Origin: an uncultured Bacilli bacterium
Lineage (GTDB): Bacteria; Bacillota_I; Bacilli_A; RF39; UBA660
Assembly (NCBI GenBank): GCA_947626125.1
Contig: CANQRA010000002.1
Coordinates: forward strand, 1 to 61,435
Direction: 5' to 3'
Length of the DNA: 61,435 nucleotides
The notes beneath the pieces were generated by a model. It was not told the DNA's origin and ran no database searches. It saw only the letters and a list, made by a program, of their open reading frames with translations. Shown one piece after another: positions 29,470 through 39,049 of this stretch. How positions within the stretch are numbered: position 1 is the first letter of the stretch; the number at the start of each line of letters is the position of its first letter. The position numbers and the translations under genes were made by a program.

Positions 29470-29922
29470 TTGAATTATGTTAAAAAGTGTTTTTATCTTT
29501 TCTTGCCTATTTTAAGTGGTTCTTTAATTGGTTTGCTCACTTCTTCTTTCATTGATTATGGCGTATTAAAAAAACCACCTTTAGCTCCTCCATCTTACTT
29601 ATTTCCCATAATTTGGTCAATTATCTTTATCTTATTAGGGGTCTCTTATTTTCTTTACCGGGAAAAAGATAATAATGAACAAATTAATAAAGTGTATTAT
29701 GGTGGGTTAATTGTAAACTTACTTTGGAGTATTTTCTTCTTTGTCTTCAAATGGCGTTTATTTACTTGCTTATGGACTATTATCTTATTACTTTTAGTTA
29801 TTTATTTACTTAAATTATTTTATGATAATAATCATAAATGGTCATTCTATCTAAATATTCCTTATTTAGTTTGGTTAATCTTTGCAACCTATTTAACCAT
29901 AGGGATTTATTTCTTAAATTAA
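29470..29922 (+). CDS. tspO: TspO/MBR family tryptophan-rich sensory protein
   Basis: 150 aa, five TM helices. KPPLAPPSYLFPIIWSIIFILLG and NLLWSIFFF motifs. TTG start after AGGTGA. Confidence 0.75.
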   Translation: MNYVKKCFYLFLPILSGSLIGLLTSSFIDYGVLKKPPLAPPSYLFPIIWSIIFILLGVSYFLYREKDNNEQINKVYYGGLIVNLLWSIFFFVFKWRLFTCLWTIILLLLVIYLLKLFYDNNHKWSFYLNIPYLVWLIFATYLTIGIYFLN

Positions 29923-29927
29923 GACAT

Positions 29928-29955
29928 AAAAAAAGTAGCGACTTGCTACTTTTTT
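29928..29955. terminator. Bidirectional terminator between tspO and tuf
   Basis: AAAAAA-AGTAGC-GACTT-GCTACT-TTTTT. Confidence 0.7.
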
Positions 29956-29958
29956 AAA

Positions 29959-31128
29959 TTATTTAATTATTTCTGATACTACACCAGCACCAACAGTATG
30001 TCCACCCTCACGAATTGAGAATTGAGTACCGTTTTCAAGAGCTACAGGTGCAATTAGTTCAACTGTCATATCAACATTATCACCAGGCATAACCATTTCA
30101 ACACCAGCAGGTAACTCGATAACACCAGTTACATCGGTAGTACGGAAATAGAATTGTGGACGATAATTTGAGAAGAATGGAGTATGACGTCCGCCTTCTT
30201 CTTTAGATAGAACGTAAACACTAGCTTTAAACTTAGTATGAGGAGTAACACTTCCTGGTTTAGCAAGTACTTGTCCACGTTCAACGTCTTCACGAGCGAT
30301 ACCACGTAGAAGTACACCAGCATTATCTCCAGCTTGAGCATAATCAAGTGATTTACGGAACATTTCAATACCAGTAACAACTGATTTTTGTGTAGGTTTT
30401 AAACCAACAATCTCAACTTCGTCATTAAGACTTAACTTACCACGTTCAACACGTCCTGTAACAACAGTACCACGTCCTGAAATAGTAAATACGTCTTCAA
30501 TACTCATTAAGAATGGTTTTTCAGTATCTCTTACTGGTGCGTCAATATAACTATCAACAGCAGCCATTAAATCACGAATACTTTGAGCAGCAGCTTCATC
30601 ACCTTCAAGAGCTTTAAGAGCACTACCACGAATAATAGGACATTCAGAATCGAAGCCATATTCGCCAAGTAATTCTCTAATTTCCATTTCTACTAAGTCA
30701 AGTAATTCTGGGTCGTCAACTTGGTCACATTTATTCATGTAAACAACAATTTTAGGAACACCAACTTGACGAGATAGTAAAATGTGTTCTCTAGTTTGAG
30801 GCATTGGGCCATCAGCAGCAGATACTACAAGAATAGCACCATCCATTTGAGCAGCACCAGTAATCATGTTTTTAACATAATCGGCATGTCCTGGACAATC
30901 TACGTGAGCATAGTGACGTTTTTCCGTTTCATACTCAACGTGAGCAGTATTAATTGTAATACCTCTTTCCCTTTCCTCTGGAGCTTTGTCGATATTTTCA
31001 TATGAGACAAATTCTTTTCCAAAATATTTTGTGATCGCCGCAGTTAATGTAGTTTTACCATGGTCAACGTGGCCAATAGTACCTATATTAACGTGTTCTT
31101 TAGAACGATCAAATTTTTCTCTTGCCAT
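29959..31128 (-). CDS. tuf: Elongation factor Tu
   Basis: 389 aa. [26 protein letters not shown]. Confidence 0.98.
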   Translation of the reverse strand: MAREKFDRSKEHVNIGTIGHVDHGKTTLTAAITKYFGKEFVSYENIDKAPEERERGITINTAHVEYETEKRHYAHVDCPGHADYVKNMITGAAQMDGAILVVSAADGPMPQTREHILLSRQVGVPKIVVYMNKCDQVDDPELLDLVEMEIRELLGEYGFDSECPIIRGSALKALEGDEAAAQSIRDLMAAVDSYIDAPVRDTEKPFLMSIEDVFTISGRGTVVTGRVERGKLSLNDEVEIVGLKPTQKSVVTGIEMFRKSLDYAQAGDNAGVLLRGIAREDVERGQVLAKPGSVTPHTKFKASVYVLSKEEGGRHTPFFSNYRPQFYFRTTDVTGVIELPAGVEMVMPGDNVDMTVELIAPVALENGTQFSIREGGHTVGAGVVSEIIK

Positions 31129-31161
31129 ATAATATTTTCTCCTTTCATTTCTTACTATTAT

Positions 31162-31190
31162 ATTTTATCTAATGCTTGAATTTTTTTCAA
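31162..31190 (-). promoter_or_regulatory. Internal promoter for tuf
   Basis: Minus strand: TTGAAA, 17 nt, TAAAAT in the fusA-tuf spacer. Confidence 0.5.
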
Positions 31191-31229
31191 GTATTATTCG
31201 AGTTTTATCTGATTATTTTACTAGAAAAA

Positions 31230-33317
31230 TTAATTTGCACTATTTTTCTTAATAATTTCATCAGCAATATTTCTTGGTACTTCTTCATAATGGTCAAGTG
31301 TCATTGTAAATGTACCACGACCTTGAGAATTAGAACGAAGAGTTGTAGCATAACCAAACATTTCTGCTAAAGGAACCATTGCATTAATAGATAAGGCATT
31401 ACCTCTTGATTCATTACCTAAAGGTTTACCACGTCTACTAGTTAAATCGCCCATAACATTACCCATATATTCCTCAGGAACTACTACTTCAACCTTCATA
31501 ATTGGTTCAAGTAATACTGGTTTACATTTTTTAGCAGCTTCTTTTAAAGCTAGAGAAGCAGCAATTTTGAAAGCCATTTCTGATGAGTCGACATCATGGT
31601 AAGAACCATCAAATAAGGTTGCTTTAACATCAACAACTGGATAACCAGCAATCATACCACCAGCCATAGCTTCTTGTAATCCTTTATCAGTAACTGGAAT
31701 GTATTCACGAGGAACAACACCACCAACAATGGCATCGACAAATTCATAGCCTTTTTCGGGATTTGGTTCAAATTTAACCCAAACATGACCATATTGTCCA
31801 CGACCACCAGATTGTTTAATATATTTACCTTCACAATCAGCAGTCGCAGTAATCGTTTCTCTATAAGCAACTTGAGGACGGCCAATATTAGCTTCTACCC
31901 CAAATTCATCTTTCATTCTTCTTACTAATACTTCTAGGTGCAATTCTCCCATACCACTTATAACGGTTTGACCAGTTTCCGCATCAGTTTTATATCTAAA
32001 TGTTGGGTCTTCTTCGGCTAGTTTTTGTAATGCTTGGCCAAGCTTATCTTGGTCAGCTTTACTTTTAGGTTCAATTGCTTCATCAATAACAGGGTCTGGG
32101 AATTCCATACCATTCATGATTACTGGATATTTTTCATCACATAGAGTATCAGCAGTTGTTGTATTTTTTAAACCAACTAAAGCCGCAATTTCACCAGTAT
32201 AAACATCCGTGATTTCTTTTCTTTGGTTAGCATGCATTTGTAAAATACGGCCAACTCTTTCTTTAACATTTTTGGTACTATTTAAAATATAAGAACCACT
32301 AGTTAAATGTCCTGAATAAACACGGAAGAAAGCTAGACGACCAACATATGGGTCAGTCATAATTTTAAATGCCATAGCGGTAAATGGTTCAGAATCACTA
32401 GGATGTCTTTTAACGATATTTCCTTTTTCATCTGTACATTCAATAGCTTCCACATCAGTTGGGGCAGGCATGTAATCTATAACAGCATCTAAAGCTAATT
32501 TAACACCCGTATTAGATAAAGCACTACCACATAGAACAGGGAAGAATTCAGCTTTTAAAACACCTTTTCTAATTGCTCCTTTAATTTCTTCTACAGTTAA
32601 TTCTTCGCCATTTAAGTATTTTTCCATTAATTCATCATCAAATTCAACAGCTTTTTCGATTAATTCTAATCTCTTAGTAGCTACTAAATCTTTTAAATCA
32701 TCGGGAATAGGAATTTCTGTATAATTTTCATGTTGGTCTTCTCTATTAAATGTATAAGCTTTTTGTTCAATTAAATCAACAATACCATGAAATTCATTTT
32801 CAGCTCCAATTGGCCATTGAATTGGGGCATAATTAACACCTAATCTTTTACCAATTGTATCTAGTGAAAATTGGAAATCAGCTCCTAATTTATCCATTTT
32901 ATTAACGAATATCATTCTTGGAACTTTATATTCCGTGGCTTGACGCCATACCGTTTCCGATTGAGGTTCAACCCCAGCATTTCCATCTAATAAACAGATA
33001 GAACCATCTAAAACTCTTAAACTTCTTTGCACTTCAATAGTAAAATCCACGTGTCCTGGGGTATCAATAATATTTAAACGATATCCTTTCCAGTGCGCCG
33101 TAGTTGCGGCACTAGTAATGGTAATACCTCTTTCTTTTTCTTGTTCCATCCAGTCCATTTGCGATTCACCATCGTGAGTTTCGCCTATTTTATGTGTAAT
33201 ACCAGTATGGAATAAAACTCTTTCGGTAAAAGTAGTTTTACCGGCATCGATATGTGCCATTATACCAATATTACGAACTTTATCAATTGTAACATCTCTT
33301 CCCATAGCAATTACCAT
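31230..33317 (-). CDS. fusA: Elongation factor G
   Basis: 695 aa. [21 protein letters not shown]. The real start may be the ATG at 33305 (MGRDV...). Confidence 0.97.
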   Translation of the reverse strand: MVIAMGRDVTIDKVRNIGIMAHIDAGKTTFTERVLFHTGITHKIGETHDGESQMDWMEQEKERGITITSAATTAHWKGYRLNIIDTPGHVDFTIEVQRSLRVLDGSICLLDGNAGVEPQSETVWRQATEYKVPRMIFVNKMDKLGADFQFSLDTIGKRLGVNYAPIQWPIGAENEFHGIVDLIEQKAYTFNREDQHENYTEIPIPDDLKDLVATKRLELIEKAVEFDDELMEKYLNGEELTVEEIKGAIRKGVLKAEFFPVLCGSALSNTGVKLALDAVIDYMPAPTDVEAIECTDEKGNIVKRHPSDSEPFTAMAFKIMTDPYVGRLAFFRVYSGHLTSGSYILNSTKNVKERVGRILQMHANQRKEITDVYTGEIAALVGLKNTTTADTLCDEKYPVIMNGMEFPDPVIDEAIEPKSKADQDKLGQALQKLAEEDPTFRYKTDAETGQTVISGMGELHLEVLVRRMKDEFGVEANIGRPQVAYRETITATADCEGKYIKQSGGRGQYGHVWVKFEPNPEKGYEFVDAIVGGVVPREYIPVTDKGLQEAMAGGMIAGYPVVDVKATLFDGSYHDVDSSEMAFKIAASLALKEAAKKCKPVLLEPIMKVEVVVPEEYMGNVMGDLTSRRGKPLGNESRGNALSINAMVPLAEMFGYATTLRSNSQGRGTFTMTLDHYEEVPRNIADEIIKKNSAN

Positions 33318-33778
33318 CTATAATGAGCAAATGCTTTATTAGCTTCCGCCATCTTATGGGTATCTTCACGTTTTTTAACGGCTCCACCTACACCATTGGC
33401 AGCATCAATAATCTCATTTGCTAAATTTATAGCCATACCCTTTCCATTTCTTAATTTTGCATAATTAACAAGCCAACGAAGCGCTAAAGTTTGTGCTCTT
33501 TCATCGCTAACTTCCATTGGAACTTGATAGTTTGAACCTCCAACACGACGAGATTTAACTTCAAGTGCTGGACTAATATTTTTTAAAGCCTCGGTATAAA
33601 CTTCCATAGCATCTTTACCAGTTTGTTTTTTTACAATATCAAAGGCTTCATATAATATTTTTTGTGCGGTACCCTTCTTACCATCGACCATAATTGTATT
33701 AACAAGTTTAGTAACAACTTTAGAATTATATATAGGATCTGGTAAGACATCTCTTTTTATTGCTCTTCTTTTACGCAT
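33311..33778 (-). CDS. rpsG: 30S ribosomal protein S7
   Basis: 155 aa. [15 protein letters not shown]... and ...AFAHYRW are canonical S7 termini. Confidence 0.97.
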   Translation of the reverse strand: MRKRRAIKRDVLPDPIYNSKVVTKLVNTIMVDGKKGTAQKILYEAFDIVKKQTGKDAMEVYTEALKNISPALEVKSRRVGGSNYQVPMEVSDERAQTLALRWLVNYAKLRNGKGMAINLANEIIDAANGVGGAVKKREDTHKMAEANKAFAHYRW

Positions 33779-33809
33779 AAACGAATCCTCCTTCTATAAT
33801 ATTTATTTT

Positions 33810-34220
33810 TTATTTACCTTTTTTTGTACCATATCTACTTCTGGCTTGTTTACGATTTTCAACACCATGAGTATCTAAAGTACCACGAACAATGTGATAA
33901 CGTACACCAATTAAATCTTTAACACGGCCACCACGAACAAGGACAACACTGTGTTCTTGTAAGTTATGTCCTTCACCAGGAATGTAAGCATCGATTTCTT
34001 TACCGTTAGAAAGTCTAACACGGGCATATTTTCTTAAAGCTGAGTTTGGTTTTTTTGGTGTCTTAGTTCCTACACGAGTACAAACTCCTCTTTTTTGAGG
34101 ACTTTTTACATCAGTAGTTTTTCTTTCTAATGTATTAAATCCGACATTAAGTACTGGACTCTTACTTTTCTTAGTCTTTTTTGTACGATTCTTCTTAACT
34201 AATTGATTTATTGTTGGCAT
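33810..34220 (-). CDS. rpsL: 30S ribosomal protein S12
   Basis: [10 protein letters not shown]...[10 protein letters not shown]... Start moved to ATG 34220, preceded by GGAGAGGAGAG. The track start at 34244 adds 8 non-conserved aa. Confidence 0.97.
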   Translation of the reverse strand: MPTINQLVKKNRTKKTKKSKSPVLNVGFNTLERKTTDVKSPQKRGVCTRVGTKTPKKPNSALRKYARVRLSNGKEIDAYIPGEGHNLQEHSVVLVRGGRVKDLIGVRYHIVRGTLDTHGVENRKQARSRYGTKKGK

Positions 34221-34315
34221 ATTTTCTCTCCTCTCCATTAACACGAATCCAAGTGTGTCAAAATTTCCTTTAAATTAAGTTCTACCAAGGTAGAACCTAA
34301 ATAAAATGCGTTATT

Positions 34316-34345
34316 AATATACCATTTTATTATATGATTTGTCAA
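34316..34345 (-). promoter_or_regulatory. str-operon promoter
   Basis: Minus strand: TTGACA (34345-34340), 18 nt, TGgTATATT extended -10 (ending at 34316). Confidence 0.6.
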
Positions 34346-34381
34346 TACTTTTTATTTTATTTCTAACATATATTAATTTTT

Positions 34382-35278
34382 TCATTTTCCATCAATCATT
34401 ATAAAAGATACCCCATTTTGATTTTCTATAATTTTTACAGCATTTGTATTTTGAAAAGTATGCATAAAACAATGATGTATTGATAAAACTGCATCTTGAA
34501 GTTTGTCATCAGCTTCAAGAGGCTTTACTATAAGTCCGATTTCTTGAGCTTTGTCTATTCCAATATGACGAGAATGCATTTTTGTATGTTCATTATTATT
34601 TAAATAATTCATTATTTTTGCTATCTTTTGAGTTTTTTTAGTATCATCTTTAAACATACTATTATTTTCCAACCATTTTTTTACTACCTCTGAAGATAAT
34701 TCAATCGCTTTATAACATTGTCCAATGAATGTAGGAGGATACTTTCCAATAATAGGTTGCCAAAATGGAATTGAATTTGGATTGCTTATGATTTCCTCTT
34801 TAGCTTGTTCAAATTCTTGAATTACACCATATGCTGGAACACCTCCATATTGTGGATCGATTGGTCCTATACTTGAGTGCTTTCCCATATATATTTCATA
34901 TCCTATGCAAGATAGCATAGTTCCACCAGACATAGCTATTTGGGGAACAAAAACACGAATATTATTTTCAAAAATTTTTATTAGGTAATTTCCTATGGCC
35001 TCCGTAGCAGCTACTTCGCCACCTGGGGAATGAAGTATCAAATCTAGGCCTTTTGATTTATCCATTTCATGAATAACTGTCATAAATCCATTTAAATCTC
35101 TATCGTTAATTGCAGTATCTGGATGATCAGAGTTTGTTAGAAATCCAGAATAGTAACATATAGTATTTCTTCCAGTTAAAGCAGATAAATTCTTTATATA
35201 CTTTTTTCTTACTGTATCTATTGGAGATTGAAATTCTTCATCTTGGATTTCTTTTAAAATTTTATTCCAATCCGCCAT
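34382..35278 (-). CDS. Clp-fold serine protease of the SDH (serine dehydrogenase proteinase)/SppA-like type
   Basis: About 298 aa. LILHSPGGEVAATEAI and QIAMSGGTMLSCIG...GPIDPQ fit ClpP/S49-fold proteases. Start is uncertain: ATGs at 35302, 35287 and 35278. TGA stop. Confidence 0.6.
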   Translation of the reverse strand: MADWNKILKEIQDEEFQSPIDTVRKKYIKNLSALTGRNTICYYSGFLTNSDHPDTAINDRDLNGFMTVIHEMDKSKGLDLILHSPGGEVAATEAIGNYLIKIFENNIRVFVPQIAMSGGTMLSCIGYEIYMGKHSSIGPIDPQYGGVPAYGVIQEFEQAKEEIISNPNSIPFWQPIIGKYPPTFIGQCYKAIELSSEVVKKWLENNSMFKDDTKKTQKIAKIMNYLNNNEHTKMHSRHIGIDKAQEIGLIVKPLEADDKLQDAVLSIHHCFMHTFQNTNAVKIIENQNGVSFIMIDGK

Positions 35279-35465
35279 AATAACCATACCCCGCTCTAAC
35301 ACTAGTTTTATTATCTAAATAGCTTTTTTTATTATTATCATAAATACTTATTTTTTTTGTTGATTCTTTAATTGATTTCGTTATATTATTTGTTCTTCTC
35401 TCAATTTTTAAATCTTTATAAACCTTATTAATTTCTTTCATAATTTCTTTTTCATTTTTTACCAT
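35262..35465 (-). CDS. Small basic hypothetical protein overlapping the protease start
   Basis: 67 aa from ATG 35465 (MVKNEKEIMKEINKVYKD...), which is preceded by GGAGGA at 7 nt. The longer track ORF start at 35543 has no RBS. Confidence 0.5.
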   Translation of the reverse strand: MVKNEKEIMKEINKVYKDLKIERRTNNITKSIKESTKKISIYDNNKKSYLDNKTSVRAGYGYYGGLE

Positions 35466-35634
35466 TTTTATTCCTCCATCATATTTGTTAATACAAAGTA
35501 ATATATATACATATTCATCATTCATAATATTTAATCCTTTCATTAAATATTATGAATAAAAATAGTACTATATAAACATAAAATTAGTTTCTTTTTACGT
35601 CTAATTTTTATGCGATTGCCTTGTTTATTTCTAA

Positions 35635-36021
35635 TCAATAATTTTTAGAAGTATAATTATTACATGATACATAACCATTATAATATTTTTTATTACTTAA
35701 GATGCTTATTAAAGCATAGCCCTCACAATCATTACCACTACTATCTTTTAATTCTCTAATTAAATTAGCTTCTTTTAAAGTCTCATAACTTATTCGATAA
35801 TTACTTGTCACATCAATATTATTTATTCGCACATATATCCGGGCCGCTTCTGCTAACTTGGTTTCTAAATCCATATATACTTTATTGCGCTTAGAATTAT
35901 CAAAAGAGCCATATAAACGCGAAATAAAATAGATAGAAACAATAAGCATAACTAGTAAAGCTAAACTTATTAAGACCATTTCTAATGTTCCCCAACCTTT
36001 ATTATTTAATTTCATACTCAT
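35635..36021 (-). CDS. Type IV pilin-like / pseudopilin-like small protein
   Basis: N-terminus M(SM)KLNNKG-WGTLEMVLISLALLVMLIV matches a class III prepilin signal: Gly cleavage site, Glu at +5, hydrophobic helix. The ATG at 36015 has better RBS spacing. Confidence 0.55.
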   Translation of the reverse strand: MSMKLNNKGWGTLEMVLISLALLVMLIVSIYFISRLYGSFDNSKRNKVYMDLETKLAEAARIYVRINNIDVTSNYRISYETLKEANLIRELKDSSGNDCEGYALISILSNKKYYNGYVSCNNYTSKNY

Positions 36022-36032
36022 TTCCTTTCAAG

Positions 36033-36299
36033 TTAATTTAAGGCATCTTTTACTCTTATAAATATATGCCCAAATTGTTTACCATATATACTTTTTCTTT
36101 CATAAGTAATTGATTTATACCCTAAGCCATAATCAATATAGACATGACCATCTTCATATTCTTTAACATTTTCTTTTAATAATATTAACATTGGTTCATC
36201 GTTTTGATATCTAAAATATTCGATGATTATTAAAGATATATAAGCCGCGACTAAAAAAATTAGAACTGCTTCTAACATTATCCCCAATGTTTTCTTCAT
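36033..36299 (-). CDS. Small membrane-anchored protein, possibly a degenerate pilin-like N-terminus
   Basis: 88 aa. MKKTLG-IMLEAVLIFLVAAYISLIII has Glu at +4 rather than +5. Confidence 0.4.
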   Translation of the reverse strand: MKKTLGIMLEAVLIFLVAAYISLIIIEYFRYQNDEPMLILLKENVKEYEDGHVYIDYGLGYKSITYERKSIYGKQFGHIFIRVKDALN

Positions 36300-36355
36300 A
36301 GTATCACCAAATTAATTATAAAATACCAATTAAAAAAAAGCAATGTTGGAAAACA

Positions 36356-37153
36356 TTATTTGACTCTTTTACGCGTAGTAATTTCTTCATAATTACCATA
36401 TCTATCATATTCATAGGTAACTATACTACCATCGCTTTTTTGAAATTGAATTTGATTATTCACAGCCACTAATAAAGTAGTTTTAACATCTACGCCTCTC
36501 GTTTCGCCAGTTGTTTTATCTTTTATTATTAACCCAACAACACCAGAGATTTTATTTGCCCATACCCCATGGCTCAAATAATCGGACTCTAATCTTCTTT
36601 TTTCAACGATATTACCACCACCGCCTAGTCCTTGGTAAGCATAATATGTTCCTTTAATAAATTCATCATTTTGGCCTTCTATTTCATTGATACCATAGTA
36701 TGAATTTGTATCATCGATAGGGAATCCTATCATGTCTGAGTTATGAATATGGTCATCAACAGTATCTTGTTTAATGCCATTAAATATCGGCTCGGTAGCT
36801 ACCAAAAAAGTATCTATATGGATATTATCGATATATACTTCTTTTTCCGAAGAATTTAAACCCTTAGTTAATATACTCATATGTAAATCTTTATCACTAG
36901 TTACCGTCCAAGAATCTACACCACTCATGTATTGGATTAGTAATTTAAAATCTTCACCAGGCACATCTAATTCTTGGGTGATGCCATTTTGTAAAGAATC
37001 ACTTGCTAAATAATCCCCACTATTAGTATCTAAGATATCGTAATCTAAATCAGAAGATACTAACTCTTGTGGTACACAAGCCGTTAAACTTGTAAGAATA
37101 GCAACAGATAATACTCCTTTAAGTATTTTATTAGTTAAATCGCTTTTTTTCAT
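36356..37153 (-). CDS. Lipoprotein, function unknown
   Basis: Start moved to ATG 37153 (RBS AAGGAGAGG). Signal peptide MKKSDLTNKILKGVLSVAILTSLTAC carries the lipobox LTAC. The upstream part of the track ORF is covered by a promoter. Confidence 0.7.
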   Translation of the reverse strand: MKKSDLTNKILKGVLSVAILTSLTACVPQELVSSDLDYDILDTNSGDYLASDSLQNGITQELDVPGEDFKLLIQYMSGVDSWTVTSDKDLHMSILTKGLNSSEKEVYIDNIHIDTFLVATEPIFNGIKQDTVDDHIHNSDMIGFPIDDTNSYYGINEIEGQNDEFIKGTYYAYQGLGGGGNIVEKRRLESDYLSHGVWANKISGVVGLIIKDKTTGETRGVDVKTTLLVAVNNQIQFQKSDGSIVTYEYDRYGNYEEITTRKRVK

Positions 37154-37178
37154 TGAAAACCTCTCCTTAATAAGCTTT

Positions 37179-37207
37179 ATTTTATAATAATTTATTTTTA
37201 AATGCAA
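37179..37207 (-). promoter_or_regulatory. Promoter of the lipoprotein gene
   Basis: Minus strand: TTGCAT (37207-37202), 17 nt, TAAAAT (37184-37179). Confidence 0.55.
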
Positions 37208-37208
37208 C

Positions 37209-37238
37209 AAAAAAGCTACTAACTTTAATATTAGTAAC
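37209..37238 (-). terminator. rplL terminator
   Basis: Minus strand: GTTACTAA-TATTAAAG-TTAGTAGC followed by TTTTTT. Confidence 0.6.
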
Positions 37239-37260
37239 TTTATAAACTTCTTAAAACTAA

Positions 37261-37629
37261 TTAAGCAAGTTCTACTTCAGCACCAGCTTCAGTTAATTGG
37301 TCAGCAATACTTTTAGCTTCTTCAGCAGGAACATTTTCTTTAATATTTCCGCCATTATCAGCTAAAGCTTTAGCTTCAACTAAACCTAAACCAGTAATTT
37401 CTTTAATAATTTTAATAACTGCAATTTTGTTTCCACCAGCAGATTTTAAAACTACTGTTTTAGTGCTAGGGCCTTCTTCAGCAGCACCTTGAGCTGGAGC
37501 AGCAGCAACAGCAACGGCTGATGGATCAACACCAAATTCTTCTTTCATTGCATCAACTAATTCTTTTACTTCAAGAATAGTCATTTCTTTTAATGCACTT
37601 ATAAATTCATCTTTTGTTAATTTTGCCAT
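37261..37629 (-). CDS. rplL: 50S ribosomal protein L7/L12
   Basis: 122 aa. Ala-rich hinge AVAVAAAPAQGAAEE. C-terminal domain KIAVIKIIKEITGLGLVEAKALAD. Confidence 0.97.
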   Translation of the reverse strand: MAKLTKDEFISALKEMTILEVKELVDAMKEEFGVDPSAVAVAAAPAQGAAEEGPSTKTVVLKSAGGNKIAVIKIIKEITGLGLVEAKALADNGGNIKENVPAEEAKSIADQLTEAGAEVELA

Positions 37630-37632
37630 ATT

Positions 37633-38130
37633 TTATTCCTTCCCTTCTAAATTTTCGGCATAAAGATTTAAAGCTATTGATAAATCTCTAACATATTGAA
37701 TCATACCACCTGCAAGCATAGTAAGTAATCCTTCTCTTGAAGGGATACTTGCATACTCTTTAATAGTATCAATACTTGCAACATCGCCACTTATTATACC
37801 AACACGAATATTTAATTTATCGTGACTTTTAGCATAATCAGCAATAATTTTAATTGGTTCTAACAAACTCTTACCAATTAATAATGCATTTGGTCCTTCT
37901 AAAAATTCATTCATGTCTATCTTTAGTTCATCTAGAGCCCTTTTTAAAAGTGTATTCTTATAAATTTTAACTTTTGAATCGACTTCATTAAGTTTATTTC
38001 TAAGTTCACTCATCTCGGCAACAGTTAAACCTTGATATTCAAATAAGATGACAGATTCGCTATTTTTAATATTATCAATAATCTCACTTACGATAGCTTT
38101 CTTTTCATTAAGAATTTTTTCGCTTGCCAT
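37633..38130 (-). CDS. rplJ: 50S ribosomal protein L10
   Basis: 165 aa. Lies immediately upstream of rplL, with a typical L10 N-terminal region (FEYQGLTVAEMSELR). Confidence 0.95.
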   Translation of the reverse strand: MASEKILNEKKAIVSEIIDNIKNSESVILFEYQGLTVAEMSELRNKLNEVDSKVKIYKNTLLKRALDELKIDMNEFLEGPNALLIGKSLLEPIKIIADYAKSHDKLNIRVGIISGDVASIDTIKEYASIPSREGLLTMLAGGMIQYVRDLSIALNLYAENLEGKE

Positions 38131-38262
38131 TTTTCCTCCTTATTTTATTTTTAAGAAAAGCTTCCGACTAGGGAAGCTTAAAAATTTATTTTTTAAAGTT
38201 CCCCTCGGTAGGATTTTTAAAAGACATCTTCCCTACTGTCTTCGGTTTTTTCTTTTCTTGTC
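38131..38262 (-). promoter_or_regulatory. Structured rplJ leader (L10-leader-like) with attenuator hairpin
   Basis: Minus strand contains CCGAAGACAGTAGGG...CCTACCGAGG pairings. A perfect 8-bp hairpin AAGCTTCC-CTAGTC-GGAAGCTT (38179-38158) is followed by TTTCTT, just before the RBS. Assigning it to the Rfam L10 leader family is an inference. Confidence 0.5.
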
Positions 38263-38267
38263 ACTTA

Positions 38268-38296
38268 TTATATCTTACAACTATAAATTATGCAAG
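38268..38296 (-). promoter_or_regulatory. rplJL promoter
   Basis: Minus strand: TTGCAT, 17 nt, TATAAT. Confidence 0.65.
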
Positions 38297-38304
38297 TAAT
38301 AAAA

Positions 38305-39003
38305 TTAAATATCAAAAGAATTTTTATCTACTTTAATACCTGGACCCATAGTTGTAGAAATAGTAATTTTATCGATAAAAACACCTTTAACGGCTTGTGG
38401 TTTAGCTCTATTAATTGTTCTTACAACATATTCTAAGTTTTCAAGTAATTTATCTTCTTTAAAAGATACTTTACCAATAATAGTATGAACATTACCATAA
38501 GAATCAGTTTTATAAGTTACCATACCACTTTTTAAATCTTTAATAACGTCAGCTACTTTAGTTGTAACAGTACCAGTTTTAGGGTTTGGCATTAAACCTT
38601 TAGGCCCTAAAATATTACCGATTTTTCCAACTTCTGGCATCATATCTGGGGTAGCAACGATAACATCAAAATCAAACCAATTTTCATTTTTGATTTTATC
38701 TAGTAAATCTTTGTCACCAACAAAATCAGCACCAGCATTCTTAGCTTCGGTAGCATAGTCACCTTTAGCAATAACTAATACTTTTTTGCTTTTACCTGTT
38801 CCATTTGGCATAACAAGTGAACCACGTAATTGTTGATCAGTTTTTTTCGCATCAATATTTAGTTTAATTGCTACTTCAACAGTACTATCAAATTTCGTCG
38901 TAGCGGTCTTTTTAACTAGTTTTGTTGCTTCTTCTTTTGTATATAACTGACTATTATCAACAAGTTTAGCAACTTCCACATATTTTTTACTATGTTTTCT
39001 CAT
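38305..39003 (-). CDS. rplA: 50S ribosomal protein L1
   Basis: 232 aa. [16 protein letters not shown] motif. Confidence 0.97.
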   Translation of the reverse strand: MRKHSKKYVEVAKLVDNSQLYTKEEATKLVKKTATTKFDSTVEVAIKLNIDAKKTDQQLRGSLVMPNGTGKSKKVLVIAKGDYATEAKNAGADFVGDKDLLDKIKNENWFDFDVIVATPDMMPEVGKIGNILGPKGLMPNPKTGTVTTKVADVIKDLKSGMVTYKTDSYGNVHTIIGKVSFKEDKLLENLEYVVRTINRAKPQAVKGVFIDKITISTTMGPGIKVDKNSFDI

Positions 39004-39049
39004 AATTCCCTCCTAACTGTGGTTAATTAGCGGACTTTTTTCATTTATG

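Noticed and set aside
31175-31191. Hairpin CTTGA-N7-TCAAG between fusA and tuf as a terminator.
   Set aside because: On the transcribed (minus) strand it is not followed by a U-tract, and it overlaps the -35 region of the tuf internal promoter. It is more likely incidental.
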